Under the pieces are notes generated by a model. The model was not told the DNA's origin. It ran no database searches and worked only from the letters and a program-made list of their open reading frames with translations. Positions 17,166 to 27,633 of a stretch of DNA of 40,507 nucleotides are shown one piece after another. Made by a program: the position numbers and the translations under genes. Numbering within the stretch: the stretch's first letter is position 1; every line of letters starts with the position of its first letter. The DNA is from Candidatus Bathyarchaeia archaeon (lineage in GTDB: Archaea > Thermoproteota > Bathyarchaeia > Bathyarchaeales > Bathycorpusculaceae), in the NCBI GenBank assembly GCA_049970895.1, contig JBMFMB010000014.1:1-40507 (forward strand). Reading direction: 5' to 3'.

Positions 17166-19085
17166 TTGGCGCCCAACACTGAAAGGGAGAAAATCGAAAT
17201 AAGCAAATACATACTCGAGCATGTCCCCAAAGAGGCGGAAGTCACAAGAGTGGAATATGAGGGTCCAATGCTGGCTGTTTATGCCAAAAGACCAGAAATC
17301 CTCGTGGAGCAGAGCAGCCTAATCGCAGACATAGTCAACGTCATAAGAAAAAGAATTGTCGTCCGCTCCGACCCCTCTGTGAGGCTTCCGGAAAAGGAAG
17401 CTGAAAAATTAGCCCGCGAAATAATTCCCGCGGAGGCTGAGGTTACAGACATATACTTCGACCCAACCCTAGGCGAAATAATTATTGAAGCAAAAAAGCC
17501 CGGACTCGTCATAGGGAAAAATGGCACCGTTCTTCAGGAAATCATAAAGAGGACAAAGTGGCGCCCCCACGTTTTAAGAAGCCCGCCGTTGCGTTCTAAG
17601 ATTATTGCGCACATGCGCCACTACCTTCACTCCGAAAGTAAGGAGAGGGAGCGGAACCTCCGCCTCTTCGGCGAGAGAATCTTTAGACCAAAAGTCTTCG
17701 AGGTTGGCGATATCAGGATTACTGCTTTAGGCGGCGTCCAGGAGGTTGGGCGTTCAGCCTTCCTCGTTCAGACAAGAGAAAGCAACATCCTCTTGGACTG
17801 TGGCATAAATCCTGGCTCTTCAAAGCCTTTTGAGGCTTTTCCAAGGTTTGACCATTCAGCCTTCGAAATAGATTCGCTGGACGCTGTTGTTATAAGCCAC
17901 GCCCACCTGGACCACTGCGGCTTGGTGCCGTTCCTCTACAAGTATGGCTATGAAGGTCCAGTTTACTGTTCAGCTCCAACATCCAACCTCATGACGCTGC
18001 TCCAACTGGACTATTTGGATGTAGCCAGCAAACAAGGCATAATCCCACCCTACGACCAGAAGGATGTCCGGGAATGCGTCCTCCACACAATTCCGCTACG
18101 TTACGGTGTTGTAACTGACATAGCCCCAGACGTTCGGCTGACACTGCATAATGCTGGACACATTTTAGGCTCTTCGATAATTCATTTGCACATAGGCGAA
18201 GGCTTACACAACATTGTTTACACGGGCGATTATAAGTATGCGCGAACCATGCTTTTGGAGGCGGCGACAGCTGAATTTCCAAGGGTTGAAACAGTCATAA
18301 CCGAAAGCACTTATGGCGGTCCAGAGGACATTATGCCATCAAGGGTTGAAGCTGAAGAACGCCTAACAAAAATAGTGAACGAAACCCTAGAGAAGAGGGG
18401 CAAAGTCCTAATCCCAGTGCCAGCGGTGGGCAGAGCACAAGAAATAATGCTTGTCTTAGACGGTTACATGAAACGTGGATTAATGAAGGAGGCTCCAGTC
18501 TTCATTGAAGGCATGATTTCAGAGGCTACGGCAATCCACACTGCTTACCCAGAGTATTTGGGCAGGGAAGTACGGAACAGCATCCTCCACGATGGAATAA
18601 ACCCCTTCGAGTCAGACTACTTCACTGTTGTTGAGCATCCAAGCGTTAGGCAAAATGTAATCGACGGGGAACCATGCATAATTATGGCTACTTCTGGAAT
18701 GCTTGAAGGCGGACCAGTAATAGAGTACTTCAAAAGCCTAGCAGAAGACGAGAGAAACTCCATAATCTTCGTAAGCTACCAGATTGAGGGCACCTTGGGA
18801 AGAAGAGTGCAAAAGGGCATAAACGAAGTGGCAATGATTGACAGCGAGGGCAAAATGAGCGTTGTTAAAGTGCGTATGCGTGTGGAATCCATAGAAGGCT
18901 TTTCGGGACACTCTGACAGGCGGCAAATAATAAACTATTTGACACACTTAAAGCCTAGACCAGAAAGGGTTATAGTTTGCCACGGCGAAAGAGCAAAAAT
19001 AGCCAGCATATCCAATTTCATAGAGAAAAAGTGTGGAATCCAAACCTTCGCGCCAGCGGTTATGGAAACCATTAGGCTGCTGTAG
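17166..19085 (+). CDS. fttA: beta-CASP ribonuclease aCPSF1 / transcription termination factor FttA
   Basis: N-terminal KH domains (KPGLVIGKNG), EVGRS, SHAHLDH, AGHILGS, GFSGHSD. Confidence 0.96.
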   Translation: MAPNTEREKIEISKYILEHVPKEAEVTRVEYEGPMLAVYAKRPEILVEQSSLIADIVNVIRKRIVVRSDPSVRLPEKEAEKLAREIIPAEAEVTDIYFDPTLGEIIIEAKKPGLVIGKNGTVLQEIIKRTKWRPHVLRSPPLRSKIIAHMRHYLHSESKERERNLRLFGERIFRPKVFEVGDIRITALGGVQEVGRSAFLVQTRESNILLDCGINPGSSKPFEAFPRFDHSAFEIDSLDAVVISHAHLDHCGLVPFLYKYGYEGPVYCSAPTSNLMTLLQLDYLDVASKQGIIPPYDQKDVRECVLHTIPLRYGVVTDIAPDVRLTLHNAGHILGSSIIHLHIGEGLHNIVYTGDYKYARTMLLEAATAEFPRVETVITESTYGGPEDIMPSRVEAEERLTKIVNETLEKRGKVLIPVPAVGRAQEIMLVLDGYMKRGLMKEAPVFIEGMISEATAIHTAYPEYLGREVRNSILHDGINPFESDYFTVVEHPSVRQNVIDGEPCIIMATSGMLEGGPVIEYFKSLAEDERNSIIFVSYQIEGTLGRRVQKGINEVAMIDSEGKMSVVKVRMRVESIEGFSGHSDRRQIINYLTHLKPRPERVIVCHGERAKIASISNFIEKKCGIQTFAPAVMETIRLL

Positions 19086-19443
19086 TTATAGGCTCACTTG
19101 CCACGGGCGTTTTCTCTCTCCAGATCTTCACGTTAGGTGGGCAAATAACAACGCGTTCTTCGCCTAGGCGGGCGATGTCCCCGCCAACAGACTCAACAAA
19201 CTCGCATAACTCGTTGACAGCCCGCTTAACATCCTCTATACTCTTATTTGCGAGGGGAGTTATTCTGAGGATAAGGATGTTTCCGGAGCGCACCTCCTTT
19301 TTTACGACATCCAAGTCAGATAAGTTTCGGAGGGGCATAGCCTTCAAAAAGGTTTTGCCGGGCTTCTCCTCAGCCTCCGCTTTTGGAGTTTCACCCTTCT
19401 CCTCTTTCTTGTATTTGCGGAAGAGTTCACCTAAACCCGGCAA
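19072..19443 (-). CDS. sepF: Cell division protein SepF
   Basis: Amphipathic N-terminus, GNILILRI, GGDIARLGEERVVICP. Confidence 0.88.
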   Translation of the reverse strand: MPGLGELFRKYKKEEKGETPKAEAEEKPGKTFLKAMPLRNLSDLDVVKKEVRSGNILILRITPLANKSIEDVKRAVNELCEFVESVGGDIARLGEERVVICPPNVKIWREKTPVASEPITTAA

Positions 19444-19587
19444 ACTTCTCCTCTCTATTCACCACTTATACCCTATTTACCCTTTTAAGAGTTTAAACAT
19501 TTCCTTCTGAGCACTGCTCTGAACCTAAAATACAGATTGTTATTAATAGGTTTATGAATCCAAAATATAGATTTAGGCTATTTTCGA

Positions 19588-20094
19588 CTATGTGCCCGCC
19601 AACTCCCTTATGGTTTTCCAGATTTTGTCTCCGACATAGTGAATGTTCTTAACCACAGTGCCATGCTTAACCCCAGCCACTTCATCTGCGCTGTATAGGA
19701 TTTCGCCAACGGCAATAGCCTTCCCATGTTTCTCGTCCAAAACCAAAACCACGTCGCCTTTTACAAATTCTCCTTTAAAGCGTAAAATTCCAGGGGCCAT
19801 CACATCCGCGCCGTTGCAAACGTGAGGGACAGCCCCCATGTCCACAACAACTTTTGGCAAAAAGCCGAAAACCTCCTTGAAAAGTAGGGTTGGGTAAACG
19901 TTTTCTCCGCTTTTGAAGAGTGCCAGTTCGCTGTTTAGGAGGTAGACCTCGCCAAAATCCGCTTCGACTAACTCCACTTTTGGCATACTAGCGAAGCATT
20001 TTTCCAAAGCTATTTTTAGCTTTTTTGAGGCGTTTTCTAAAAGCCTTTTAGCCTCTTTACTCTTTAGAAAGTGCCTCTTGTACTGTTTGGACAT
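19588..20094 (-). CDS. Pre-PUA/PUA RNA-binding protein (DUF1947, MCT-1/Tma20-like)
   Basis: YPTL, VVVDMGAVPHVCNGADVMAPGI, IHYVGDKIW. Confidence 0.92.
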   Translation of the reverse strand: MSKQYKRHFLKSKEAKRLLENASKKLKIALEKCFASMPKVELVEADFGEVYLLNSELALFKSGENVYPTLLFKEVFGFLPKVVVDMGAVPHVCNGADVMAPGILRFKGEFVKGDVVLVLDEKHGKAIAVGEILYSADEVAGVKHGTVVKNIHYVGDKIWKTIRELAGT

Positions 20095-20178
20095 GGTTTT
20101 TCGCTTCTCATTTAGATAGGTTTAAATGGTATAAGTTTAAGTATAAAAAGGGTAAATGTCTAATTTGAGGTCTGCCTA

Positions 20179-20406
20179 ATGAGCGAGATGACAACCGAAA
20201 TCCTCGAGCAGAACCTTGGGAAAATAGTGCTTGTAAGGTTGAAGGGTGGAAAAAGCCTTAGGGGTAGGCTTAAGGGCTTTGACCAGCACCTAAACCTTGT
20301 ATTGGAAGAGACAGAAGACACAACGGACGCTGAAAACACAAAGAAGCTTGGCTTAATAATAGTCCGTGGAGACAATGTTGTCCTAATATCGCCACCACCT
20401 AGGTGA
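20179..20406 (+). CDS. Sm-like archaeal protein (SmAP1)
   Basis: [14 protein letters not shown] (Sm1), [13 protein letters not shown] (Sm2); directly upstream of rpl37e. Confidence 0.96.
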   Translation: MSEMTTEILEQNLGKIVLVRLKGGKSLRGRLKGFDQHLNLVLEETEDTTDAENTKKLGLIIVRGDNVVLISPPPR

Positions 20407-20411
20407 AAATT

Positions 20412-20600
20412 TTGGGAAAAGGAACGCCATCCTTTGGAAAACGTGCTGGAAAAACGCTTCATATACGTTGTAGGCGTTGTGGAAGGCGAGCCTATAACGT
20501 TTCTAAAAAGCGTTGTGCCGCGTGTGGCTATGGGGCTTCAACAACCATTAGGCGTTATTCTTGGCAGACTAAAAACCTTAACAGAGAAAGAATCCGCTAA
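20412..20600 (+). CDS. rpl37e: 50S ribosomal protein L37e
   Basis: [24 protein letters not shown]; start probably TTG 20412. Confidence 0.96.
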   Translation: MGKGTPSFGKRAGKTLHIRCRRCGRRAYNVSKKRCAACGYGASTTIRRYSWQTKNLNRERIR

Positions 20601-21211
20601 AACTCGTTATTGTTGTAGTAGCCCTTATCAATTCTGACGAATATAAGCGGTCCCTTGCTTCTTGTTAGTTCTCTAGCCTTGCGCAAAGTGTTGTTTACAA
20701 CGTTTAGCACTTGTTCTTGGTCGCTTGTATACTTCCTTTTGTTTTCGCCCAACTCCATTTTCAGGAGGTTTTCAGCCAGTATTGATGTGCCGCATATTTC
20801 CCCGTTCTTGATAAGCGTTGATATGACGACTTCCTGCATTTCCCTGCTGTTAGCCAGTCTCCTCCATATGGGCTCTGCGTTACTCAGTATTTTCGTCACC
20901 TTGTTCCATCTGTGGGCTTCCTCGTTGCCTATTAGGAGTTTTACCCTCTCCCCCCACTTTTTCAGCCATATCCCAGTCCACAAGTCCACGAACTCTTCAA
21001 ACTCTTCTGGCTCTTTCTGATAAAATTCTTCAATTTTGTCTGCAAGCTCAAACTCGTTTGCCTCTTTGCCCACAAGGTTCCAGTAAACCTTCAGGTAGTT
21101 TGTGAAGTCTTGGCATGCTATCTGCAGAACCTTTCGGTCAGCGCCAAAAATGTCCAGCATCGGGTTTTTGCTTTTAAGCTTTTCAGACAGCAACGTCTCA
21201 ATGAAATTCAT
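20597..21211 (-). CDS. Hypothetical helical protein, 204 aa
   Basis: Long ORF with GGAGAGGG RBS-like tract; Trp-rich [14 protein letters not shown] motif; no family recognised. Confidence 0.75.
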   Translation of the reverse strand: MNFIETLLSEKLKSKNPMLDIFGADRKVLQIACQDFTNYLKVYWNLVGKEANEFELADKIEEFYQKEPEEFEEFVDLWTGIWLKKWGERVKLLIGNEEAHRWNKVTKILSNAEPIWRRLANSREMQEVVISTLIKNGEICGTSILAENLLKMELGENKRKYTSDQEQVLNVVNNTLRKARELTRSKGPLIFVRIDKGYYNNNEF

Positions 21212-21332
21212 TGTTTTCGAAGCCCTCTCCGCTCTAATACTAAGTTTAAGGTTTTAATTAAGCTTTATTTATGGTTGCTTCTATAACATTCTTAAGTAAT
21301 TTTCAACCATATTGTATGCCCCATAATATTCT

Positions 21333-21983
21333 TCACTCAAGAAAACTTGGCAGTTCATTAATGTCATTGATGATCAGGTCCGGCTTTTCCCTCTCCAACT
21401 CTTCCCTCGTGAATATTCCAGACAAAACTGCAACTGTTTTGGCTCCGGCGTTCTTTCCAGCCCTAACGTCTGCGATGGAATCTCCCACAATGGCACATTC
21501 GCCTACTTCAACGCCTAACCGTTTAGCGCATTCCGCTAACGCCTTGGGAGAAGGCTTCGGAAAACGCGTATTCAGCGCTGTAACAACACATTGGAAATAT
21601 TTTGCTAAGCCAGCCCTCTCAAGCCAATTTCCAATTTTCTCACATGGAACATAACGCATTGTCAGCAAAGCCAACCTAGCCTTCCCAGAAAGCTTTTCAA
21701 GTGTTTTTTGCACGTTTGGCAAGGGTTTTGCCCTATCCTCAGCAAGCCTATAATAGGCTTCAAGGTAGGCTTTCAAGAACTTCTCAATGCTTATCTTTGG
21801 CAATAAATCCTCTATTGATAAGTTCTGCTCCAATCTTCTCGGTATTTCCAAAGCCAAATTTTGGTCAAAATTTTTAACGCCAAAGGTTTCTAGGGCTTTT
21901 ACTAATGCATCACGGTAGGCTTCTTTGGAGTCTGTGAGCGTGCCGTCTAAGTCCATGATTATCCCCTTAACTTTAAGCTTCAT
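21333..21983 (-). CDS. HAD-family hydrolase (phosphoglycolate-phosphatase-like)
   Basis: DLDGTLTDS, KPSP, VGDSIADV. Confidence 0.93.
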   Translation of the reverse strand: MKLKVKGIIMDLDGTLTDSKEAYRDALVKALETFGVKNFDQNLALEIPRRLEQNLSIEDLLPKISIEKFLKAYLEAYYRLAEDRAKPLPNVQKTLEKLSGKARLALLTMRYVPCEKIGNWLERAGLAKYFQCVVTALNTRFPKPSPKALAECAKRLGVEVGECAIVGDSIADVRAGKNAGAKTVAVLSGIFTREELEREKPDLIINDINELPSFLE

Positions 21984-22105
21984 CCTTCCGCCCCTTTTCG
22001 CTTGGTTACTTGGGTTTTGTTTCGATAAGTTTTTATCTATGGTTTATTGTCTAAAAGGATACCCACTAAAAGATATAAAAGGTTGAAGGTTTGGAGTATT
22101 AGCCT

Positions 22106-22414
22106 ATGGTTAGGAAGGCGCGGATACGCCTAACAAGCACAGACTACAAAAAACTTGAAGAAGTGTGCCAAGAGCTTAAGGCTATAGCCGAAAAGACAGG
22201 GGTGAAAATGACAGGGCCTATTCCGTTGCCAACCAAAAGGCTTAGGGTTCCAGTTTTGAAGTCTCCATGCGGCGAGGGGACATCCACATGGGACAAGTGG
22301 GAACTGCGAATCCACAAACGCCTCGTGGACATTGATGCCGAAGAGCGTGCCATGAGGCGGATTATGCGTATCCGTGTCCCAGAAGAAGTGCATGTAACAA
22401 TAGAGCTTCTCTAG
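22106..22414 (+). CDS. rps10: 30S ribosomal protein S10 (uS10)
   Basis: [30 protein letters not shown]. Confidence 0.98.
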   Translation: MVRKARIRLTSTDYKKLEEVCQELKAIAEKTGVKMTGPIPLPTKRLRVPVLKSPCGEGTSTWDKWELRIHKRLVDIDAEERAMRRIMRIRVPEEVHVTIELL

Positions 22415-22434
22415 TTTTGCCATCCCCGTGCCTT

Positions 22435-23244
22435 TTACAAGAGTATGAAGGATGCCACTGTTAGAGCTAGGCTTATTGTGAAGGCTAAAGCCCAAACCAA
22501 CTTGTCCCATAAAAAGATTTTGTAGCCATCAAGCATTCCGAAGGGGATTAGGTTGATGAAGGCTATCCAGGCGTTTATTGCAAAACTTAGTAGAAAAAGG
22601 TATGAAAGGTTGCCTGCAAAGGCGAAATGCGCCGCCAGAAATCCCGTAGATAATAAAATGTTTGTTAGTGGACCGGCCATGGAGATTTTTCCAAAGCTTC
22701 TCTTGCTTGTTAATCCTGAAACAACTACCGCTCCTGGTGATACTATTTTGAAGAGCGGTGAAACAATGGATATGGCTGTTAGTATTAGGCCGAAAAGCAT
22801 TATTCTGAATTCTGCCCATAAACCGCTTTTTTGAGCTGTGAATTTGTGGGCTAACTCGTGAATTAGGAAGGAGGCTGTTACTATAGCTCCAAATGCTAAC
22901 AGCATGGGAACACCTCCAATATTTTTGATTGTTTTAGACGAAATTCCTAGGGAAAGCCCTATGCCAAAAACAACGAGTGCTGCCACTGCCAAATGCATGG
23001 CCTCTTTGGTGCTGAAGTGAATTTTTGTGCTGGTGTTTTCTACTGGGATGTATGTGATCGTGTATTCAATTGGTTTCCATGCTTGAGATGCCCGTGTTTG
23101 CTCCTCTCTTGTGGGTGTTCGTGCCATTTCGATTTTTGGGCATTCGTGGTTTTCTGGTAGGCGGTGCTCCGCGCAGAAATAGCCTCCACAGTAGGGGCAT
23201 CTGAAGGGGAGGAATGTTTCTTCACCGCATTTTTGGCATCGCAT
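22435..23244 (-). CDS. AN1-type zinc finger fused to M50-family membrane metalloprotease
   Basis: CQKC...[44 protein letters not shown]. Confidence 0.9.
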   Translation of the reverse strand: MRCQKCGEETFLPFRCPYCGGYFCAEHRLPENHECPKIEMARTPTREEQTRASQAWKPIEYTITYIPVENTSTKIHFSTKEAMHLAVAALVVFGIGLSLGISSKTIKNIGGVPMLLAFGAIVTASFLIHELAHKFTAQKSGLWAEFRIMLFGLILTAISIVSPLFKIVSPGAVVVSGLTSKRSFGKISMAGPLTNILLSTGFLAAHFAFAGNLSYLFLLSFAINAWIAFINLIPFGMLDGYKIFLWDKLVWALAFTISLALTVASFILL

Positions 23245-23363
23245 TTTAGGTGCGCCTTTTAACCGCTTAAAGTGGCTTTTGCTCTTTATATGTTTCTGTT
23301 TGCGTTAGGCTTAAAACGTTAATAGGAGTACGCATCCAGTTAACTTGGAAGGGTGGAGAGGGC

Positions 23364-24569
23364 GTGAAGGCTTTCAGCTTTGTCCACGCCGCAGACTTGC
23401 ATCTGGGCTATTCACAATACGGCTTAGAGGTGAGACGCGAAGACTTTGACAAAGCGTTTAAGGAACTTGTTGACAAAACCCTTGAGCTAAAACCGTCATT
23501 CCTCATAATCGCTGGTGATCTTTTCCACAATGCTAGACCATCCAACATCACACTGGAGAACGCGATAAAAAACTTTAGTAGGCTCCGTGAGGCTGGCATA
23601 CCGGTGCTGGTTGTTGACGGCTCCCATGACTCGGCGCCGAACGTTGTAACAAGCACGATTCTCAACCCGTTGGACAGTGCTGGACTCATCTACTATCTGC
23701 CAAGGCATGAAGGGGCTTGTTGGCGGAAACCCGAAAGCTGCTACGTTTATGGAGTGCCAAACTATCGAACTAGGCGAAAAACCGAGGAGATGCTTCCAGT
23801 TTTCATGGAGCAGAACAAGCCAACACCAGACCCATCGCTTTTCAACATTTTCGTCTTCCACATGGCATTGGATATTCCGGAGGTTAATCCGCCATACATA
23901 GAGGCTGAAGCCCCAGTTGAGCTTATACCAGAAGGTTTCAATTATTATGCTGCTGGGCACGTCCACAAACCATACATGGGAAAGTTCAAAAAAGGATTGC
24001 TGGTTTATCCCGGAAGCACTGAAACGATAAACTATGATGAGGCTGGAAACGAGAAGGGCTTTTACTATGTGGAGGTGAACGAGAAGGGGGAGGCTTCCCC
24101 ACAGTTTATAAAATTGGAGTCCCCCCGCAAATTTGTTGTTTTAGAACAGGATTTCACTGGCGTTACTGCGTCGAAGATTACTGAGCTTGCAGTCCAGCTT
24201 GTGAAGGGCGCCGACGAAGAAGGCGCCGTTCTTATTCCAGTTTTGCGGGGTGTCTTGCCCGTTGAGGCTAGCCGTGCAGAAGTTGACGTCGCCCAAATCC
24301 GTGGTGCTGCTGAAAAGGCTTTGCTTGTGCATCCGGTTGTTTTGCTGCGGGAGAGCGAAGTTCCAGAGGCTGTTGTCCGCTCTATATTCGAAAGCGAAAT
24401 CAAGGATTTGAAAACGAAAAGTTTCGAATACTTCCTCCAAATCTTCTCTGAACGCTACAGTCCGCAAGAGGCTGAAAAAATTGCAAGGGCTGCAGTCAAC
24501 CTAATTGAGCCCCTAACCAAAAAGCAAGACGAAAAGGTTCGGCAGATTTTGGAGGAGCTTCTCCAATGA
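23364..24569 (+). CDS. mre11: DNA double-strand break repair nuclease Mre11
   Basis: ADLHLG, AGDLFH, GSHD, GHVH, YPGS; ATGA overlap with rad50. Confidence 0.93.
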   Translation: MKAFSFVHAADLHLGYSQYGLEVRREDFDKAFKELVDKTLELKPSFLIIAGDLFHNARPSNITLENAIKNFSRLREAGIPVLVVDGSHDSAPNVVTSTILNPLDSAGLIYYLPRHEGACWRKPESCYVYGVPNYRTRRKTEEMLPVFMEQNKPTPDPSLFNIFVFHMALDIPEVNPPYIEAEAPVELIPEGFNYYAAGHVHKPYMGKFKKGLLVYPGSTETINYDEAGNEKGFYYVEVNEKGEASPQFIKLESPRKFVVLEQDFTGVTASKITELAVQLVKGADEEGAVLIPVLRGVLPVEASRAEVDVAQIRGAAEKALLVHPVVLLRESEVPEAVVRSIFESEIKDLKTKSFEYFLQIFSERYSPQEAEKIARAAVNLIEPLTKKQDEKVRQILEELLQ

Positions 24570-26653
24570 AAATCGAAGTTGTCCAGTTGGAGAATATCCG
24601 CTCCCATGTGAAGTCTACAGTCCCTTTTGCAAGGGGTTTCAACTGCCTTGTCGGAGGCTTGGGTTGCGGGAAATCCAGCATACTTTACGCCATAGACTTC
24701 GCCCTCTTCGGAGACCCCCTTGGAAGAAGCTACGACTACCTCTTGCGGGATGGTGTCGAAACCGGCAAAGTTGTTGTCCAGTTCACTCACAACGGCAAGA
24801 GCTACACTATTTCACGGGGTTTGAAGAGACGTGGGAAGGGCATAAGCCAAGACTTTGACGAGCTTAAACTCTTTGAGGGCGAAACCCTAATTGCAAGTGT
24901 GAAAAGCGACGCCGTCACAGAACAGCTGAAGGCTATTACAGGCTTGGAGAAGGAGCTTTTCCGCGAAATAGTTTGGATCCGCCAAGAACACCTAAAAGAG
25001 CTTTTGGACGTTCCACCAAGAGAGCGGCAAAAACGCCTAGACGAACTTTTCGGCTTGTCAGAATACGAAACAGCATGGAGCAACATGGCTGGCTACCAGA
25101 AGGAGTACGAAGGCGAAAAAAGAGTCTACGAAAGAGACCCAGACGTTATTGGAATTAAAAAGCTAAATGAAGATTACAACAGACTAGCCAGAGAATTCGC
25201 CCAATTAGAGGTTGAAATCCAAGAAAACACGCGAAGGTTGAGTGAAGCTAAAAGGGCTTTGGAGGATGCAGATCTCAAACTAAAGAGGCTTGAGGAGCTA
25301 AAAACATCTGTAGAAAACCTCAAGCGGAAGGAAGTCCAAATACAAGCAAGCCTAACAAGCCTTGAGGATTCTTTGGCTTCGCTGGCTGAGAAGGTTGAGG
25401 GGAAAAAGGCAATAATTGAGAATTTGAAGCAGCGGCTAAACGCTATGGAGTCGCAGGCAAACACTTATAAGGAAACACTTAAAAAGGTTGGAGTTCCAGC
25501 AGACCAGCCCATCGAAACCCTAAGGCAGCACCTTTCAGCTTTCGACGAGCAAATCGCAAGCCTAAAAGCCGAACAGGAGGCTATTCTCCGAAACCTCCAA
25601 GCAGACCAGAGGAGGCTATCTTCACTTTCAACCGAAAACCGCTGTCCACTTTGTCTCCAACCCTTAACCGCCGATTACAAGAACAGTTTGATGGAGCGCA
25701 TACAGAAGGAAAACAGCGAGAGGCAAAAGACCATAAGCCAGCTTCAAAAGGACATCGAGGAACTGCAGCAGATAAGGGAGAAAGCCAACTCCGCAATATC
25801 CAACCTTCAGGCTTTGCTGCCAAGAATGGAAGACTTGAAAATTCGCTTAAATGAGGAGGCTAAGGCTTCAGCCGAGCTTTCAAGGGAATTTGAGGAAAAG
25901 CAGAAAATGGAAAACACTTTAAGAGCACAGCTTGAAAGCGTAAGGGCGGAAATTAGCAGATTCGACATATCTCAGTTAGAAACTGCCAGAAAGCTTAGGG
26001 AACAAGCCTTCCAGCAGTATTACAGGCTTGAAGCAGAACTGCGAACCATGGAAAGCCACAAAAAGGACATGATGCAAAGGCTTGATGAAATCAAGGAACG
26101 CATAGACCAAGCCCAGAAAAAGCTGGAAGAAATGGAAAAGCTTGACAAGCTTTTAGGCGTTATAGGCAGTATACGCGACGCTTACAGGAGTATACAGCCA
26201 AAACTAAGAAGCGAATTTATAAAAGTCTTGAAAAGCTTTGTCCAGCAAATTCTAGACAGCCTAGTGGGCGAGGAAGGAGCACCCATAAACATCACCATAG
26301 ACGAGACTTACACGCCATACGTGATAAGCGAAACAGGCGTCGAAAGAGAGGTATCAAACCTTTCTGGTGGGGAGCGCACCCTAATAGCCTTTGCATACCG
26401 CCTAGGACTCGGTCAGCTAATAATGCAGTCCAGAACAGGTCATGGCTTAAGCCTTCTACTGCTTGATGAGCCAACTGAAAGCCTTGGAAGGGAGGATGGC
26501 TCAATAGACCGCCTGGCAGAAGCCATCTCAAGGTTTAAAGCTGTAGAACAAATAATCGCCGTAACCCATAGTGAGGCTTTCGCAGAAAAAGCCGAACATG
26601 TTATAAGGGTGGAAAAGGAGGCTGGTGAAAGCAAAATATCGGTCGAAAAATAG
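24566..26653 (+). CDS. rad50: Rad50 SMC-like ATPase
   Basis: Walker A GxxGCGKSS, coiled coil with CPLC zinc hook, LSGGE signature, LLLDEPT, VTH. Confidence 0.93.
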   Translation: MKIEVVQLENIRSHVKSTVPFARGFNCLVGGLGCGKSSILYAIDFALFGDPLGRSYDYLLRDGVETGKVVVQFTHNGKSYTISRGLKRRGKGISQDFDELKLFEGETLIASVKSDAVTEQLKAITGLEKELFREIVWIRQEHLKELLDVPPRERQKRLDELFGLSEYETAWSNMAGYQKEYEGEKRVYERDPDVIGIKKLNEDYNRLAREFAQLEVEIQENTRRLSEAKRALEDADLKLKRLEELKTSVENLKRKEVQIQASLTSLEDSLASLAEKVEGKKAIIENLKQRLNAMESQANTYKETLKKVGVPADQPIETLRQHLSAFDEQIASLKAEQEAILRNLQADQRRLSSLSTENRCPLCLQPLTADYKNSLMERIQKENSERQKTISQLQKDIEELQQIREKANSAISNLQALLPRMEDLKIRLNEEAKASAELSREFEEKQKMENTLRAQLESVRAEISRFDISQLETARKLREQAFQQYYRLEAELRTMESHKKDMMQRLDEIKERIDQAQKKLEEMEKLDKLLGVIGSIRDAYRSIQPKLRSEFIKVLKSFVQQILDSLVGEEGAPINITIDETYTPYVISETGVEREVSNLSGGERTLIAFAYRLGLGQLIMQSRTGHGLSLLLLDEPTESLGREDGSIDRLAEAISRFKAVEQIIAVTHSEAFAEKAEHVIRVEKEAGESKISVEK

Positions 26654-26659
26654 CCTAGG

Positions 26660-27556
26660 CTAGCTTTCCTCAACAACCCTGTTTTCTAAAACACCTATCC
26701 CCTCAATCTCTATCTTAACAACGCTTCCGGGTTTCAGAAATTTTGGTTCTGGCTTGCTGACGAAGCCCACACCAGCAGGCGTTCCAGTGGCGATTATGTC
26801 GCATGGTTCCAGCGTCATGACCTTGCTTAGGTGGTGGACTATTTCGTAAACGTTGAAAACCATATTTCTTGTTGTTGAGTTTTGGCGAAGTTCTCCATCC
26901 ACCAATGTTCTGATGTGAAGATTGGAAGTGTCCTGCAGTTGGTTTTCTGTTGTTATGCATGGTCCAGTGGGTGCGAAGGTGTCAAAGCTTTTGCCCCTTG
27001 TCCACTGCTTGTCCTTGAACTGGATGTCCCGTGCTGAAACGTCATTTAAAATTGTGTATCCGAAAATGTGTTTTCTCGCTTCTGAAACTGGAATGTTTTT
27101 GCCTTTTCGCCCTATCACTATGGCTAGCTCCGCCTCGTAGTCTAATTCCTTGACAAATTTTGGCTTAACAATGTTTTCGTTTGGTCCAATTATTGTTGTG
27201 TGAGGCTTCAGAAAGATTATTGGCTCGTCCGGTATCCGAGCATTTTGCTCTGCAGCATGATCCCTATAATTCAGCCCCAAACAGATGATTTTTGGCGGGT
27301 GGGCAATTGGTGCAAGCAACCTTATTTTGCTAAATGGAACAGAGTTGCTCTCGATGACTTTTTTAGTGGCTTTTTTAAAGAGTCTTTCCGCATTTTGAAC
27401 GGCTTTTTCTCCCATTTTTATAAAAGCTTCTAAACTTTTCGGAAGCCTCTTATGCACGCTTTTAGCGAGGGTTGGCAGACACGTCACAATCTTTTCATTG
27501 TCGGATAAAACGCCATAGCTTTCCTTTTCTCCGTCAAAATAGTGGACAAGCTTCAT
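26660..27556 (-). CDS. Fumarylacetoacetate hydrolase family protein
   Basis: KIICLGLNY, DYEAEL, NDVSARD, GKSFDTF, TGTPAGVG. Confidence 0.95.
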   Translation of the reverse strand: MKLVHYFDGEKESYGVLSDNEKIVTCLPTLAKSVHKRLPKSLEAFIKMGEKAVQNAERLFKKATKKVIESNSVPFSKIRLLAPIAHPPKIICLGLNYRDHAAEQNARIPDEPIIFLKPHTTIIGPNENIVKPKFVKELDYEAELAIVIGRKGKNIPVSEARKHIFGYTILNDVSARDIQFKDKQWTRGKSFDTFAPTGPCITTENQLQDTSNLHIRTLVDGELRQNSTTRNMVFNVYEIVHHLSKVMTLEPCDIIATGTPAGVGFVSKPEPKFLKPGSVVKIEIEGIGVLENRVVEES

Positions 27557-27633
27557 GGTGCAGTCCTCTTTAGCTTAAATTTAAGTCCCTACACTTTTGA
27601 TATTAAATAAACTTTCAGCTTGGAGATGCCAGC

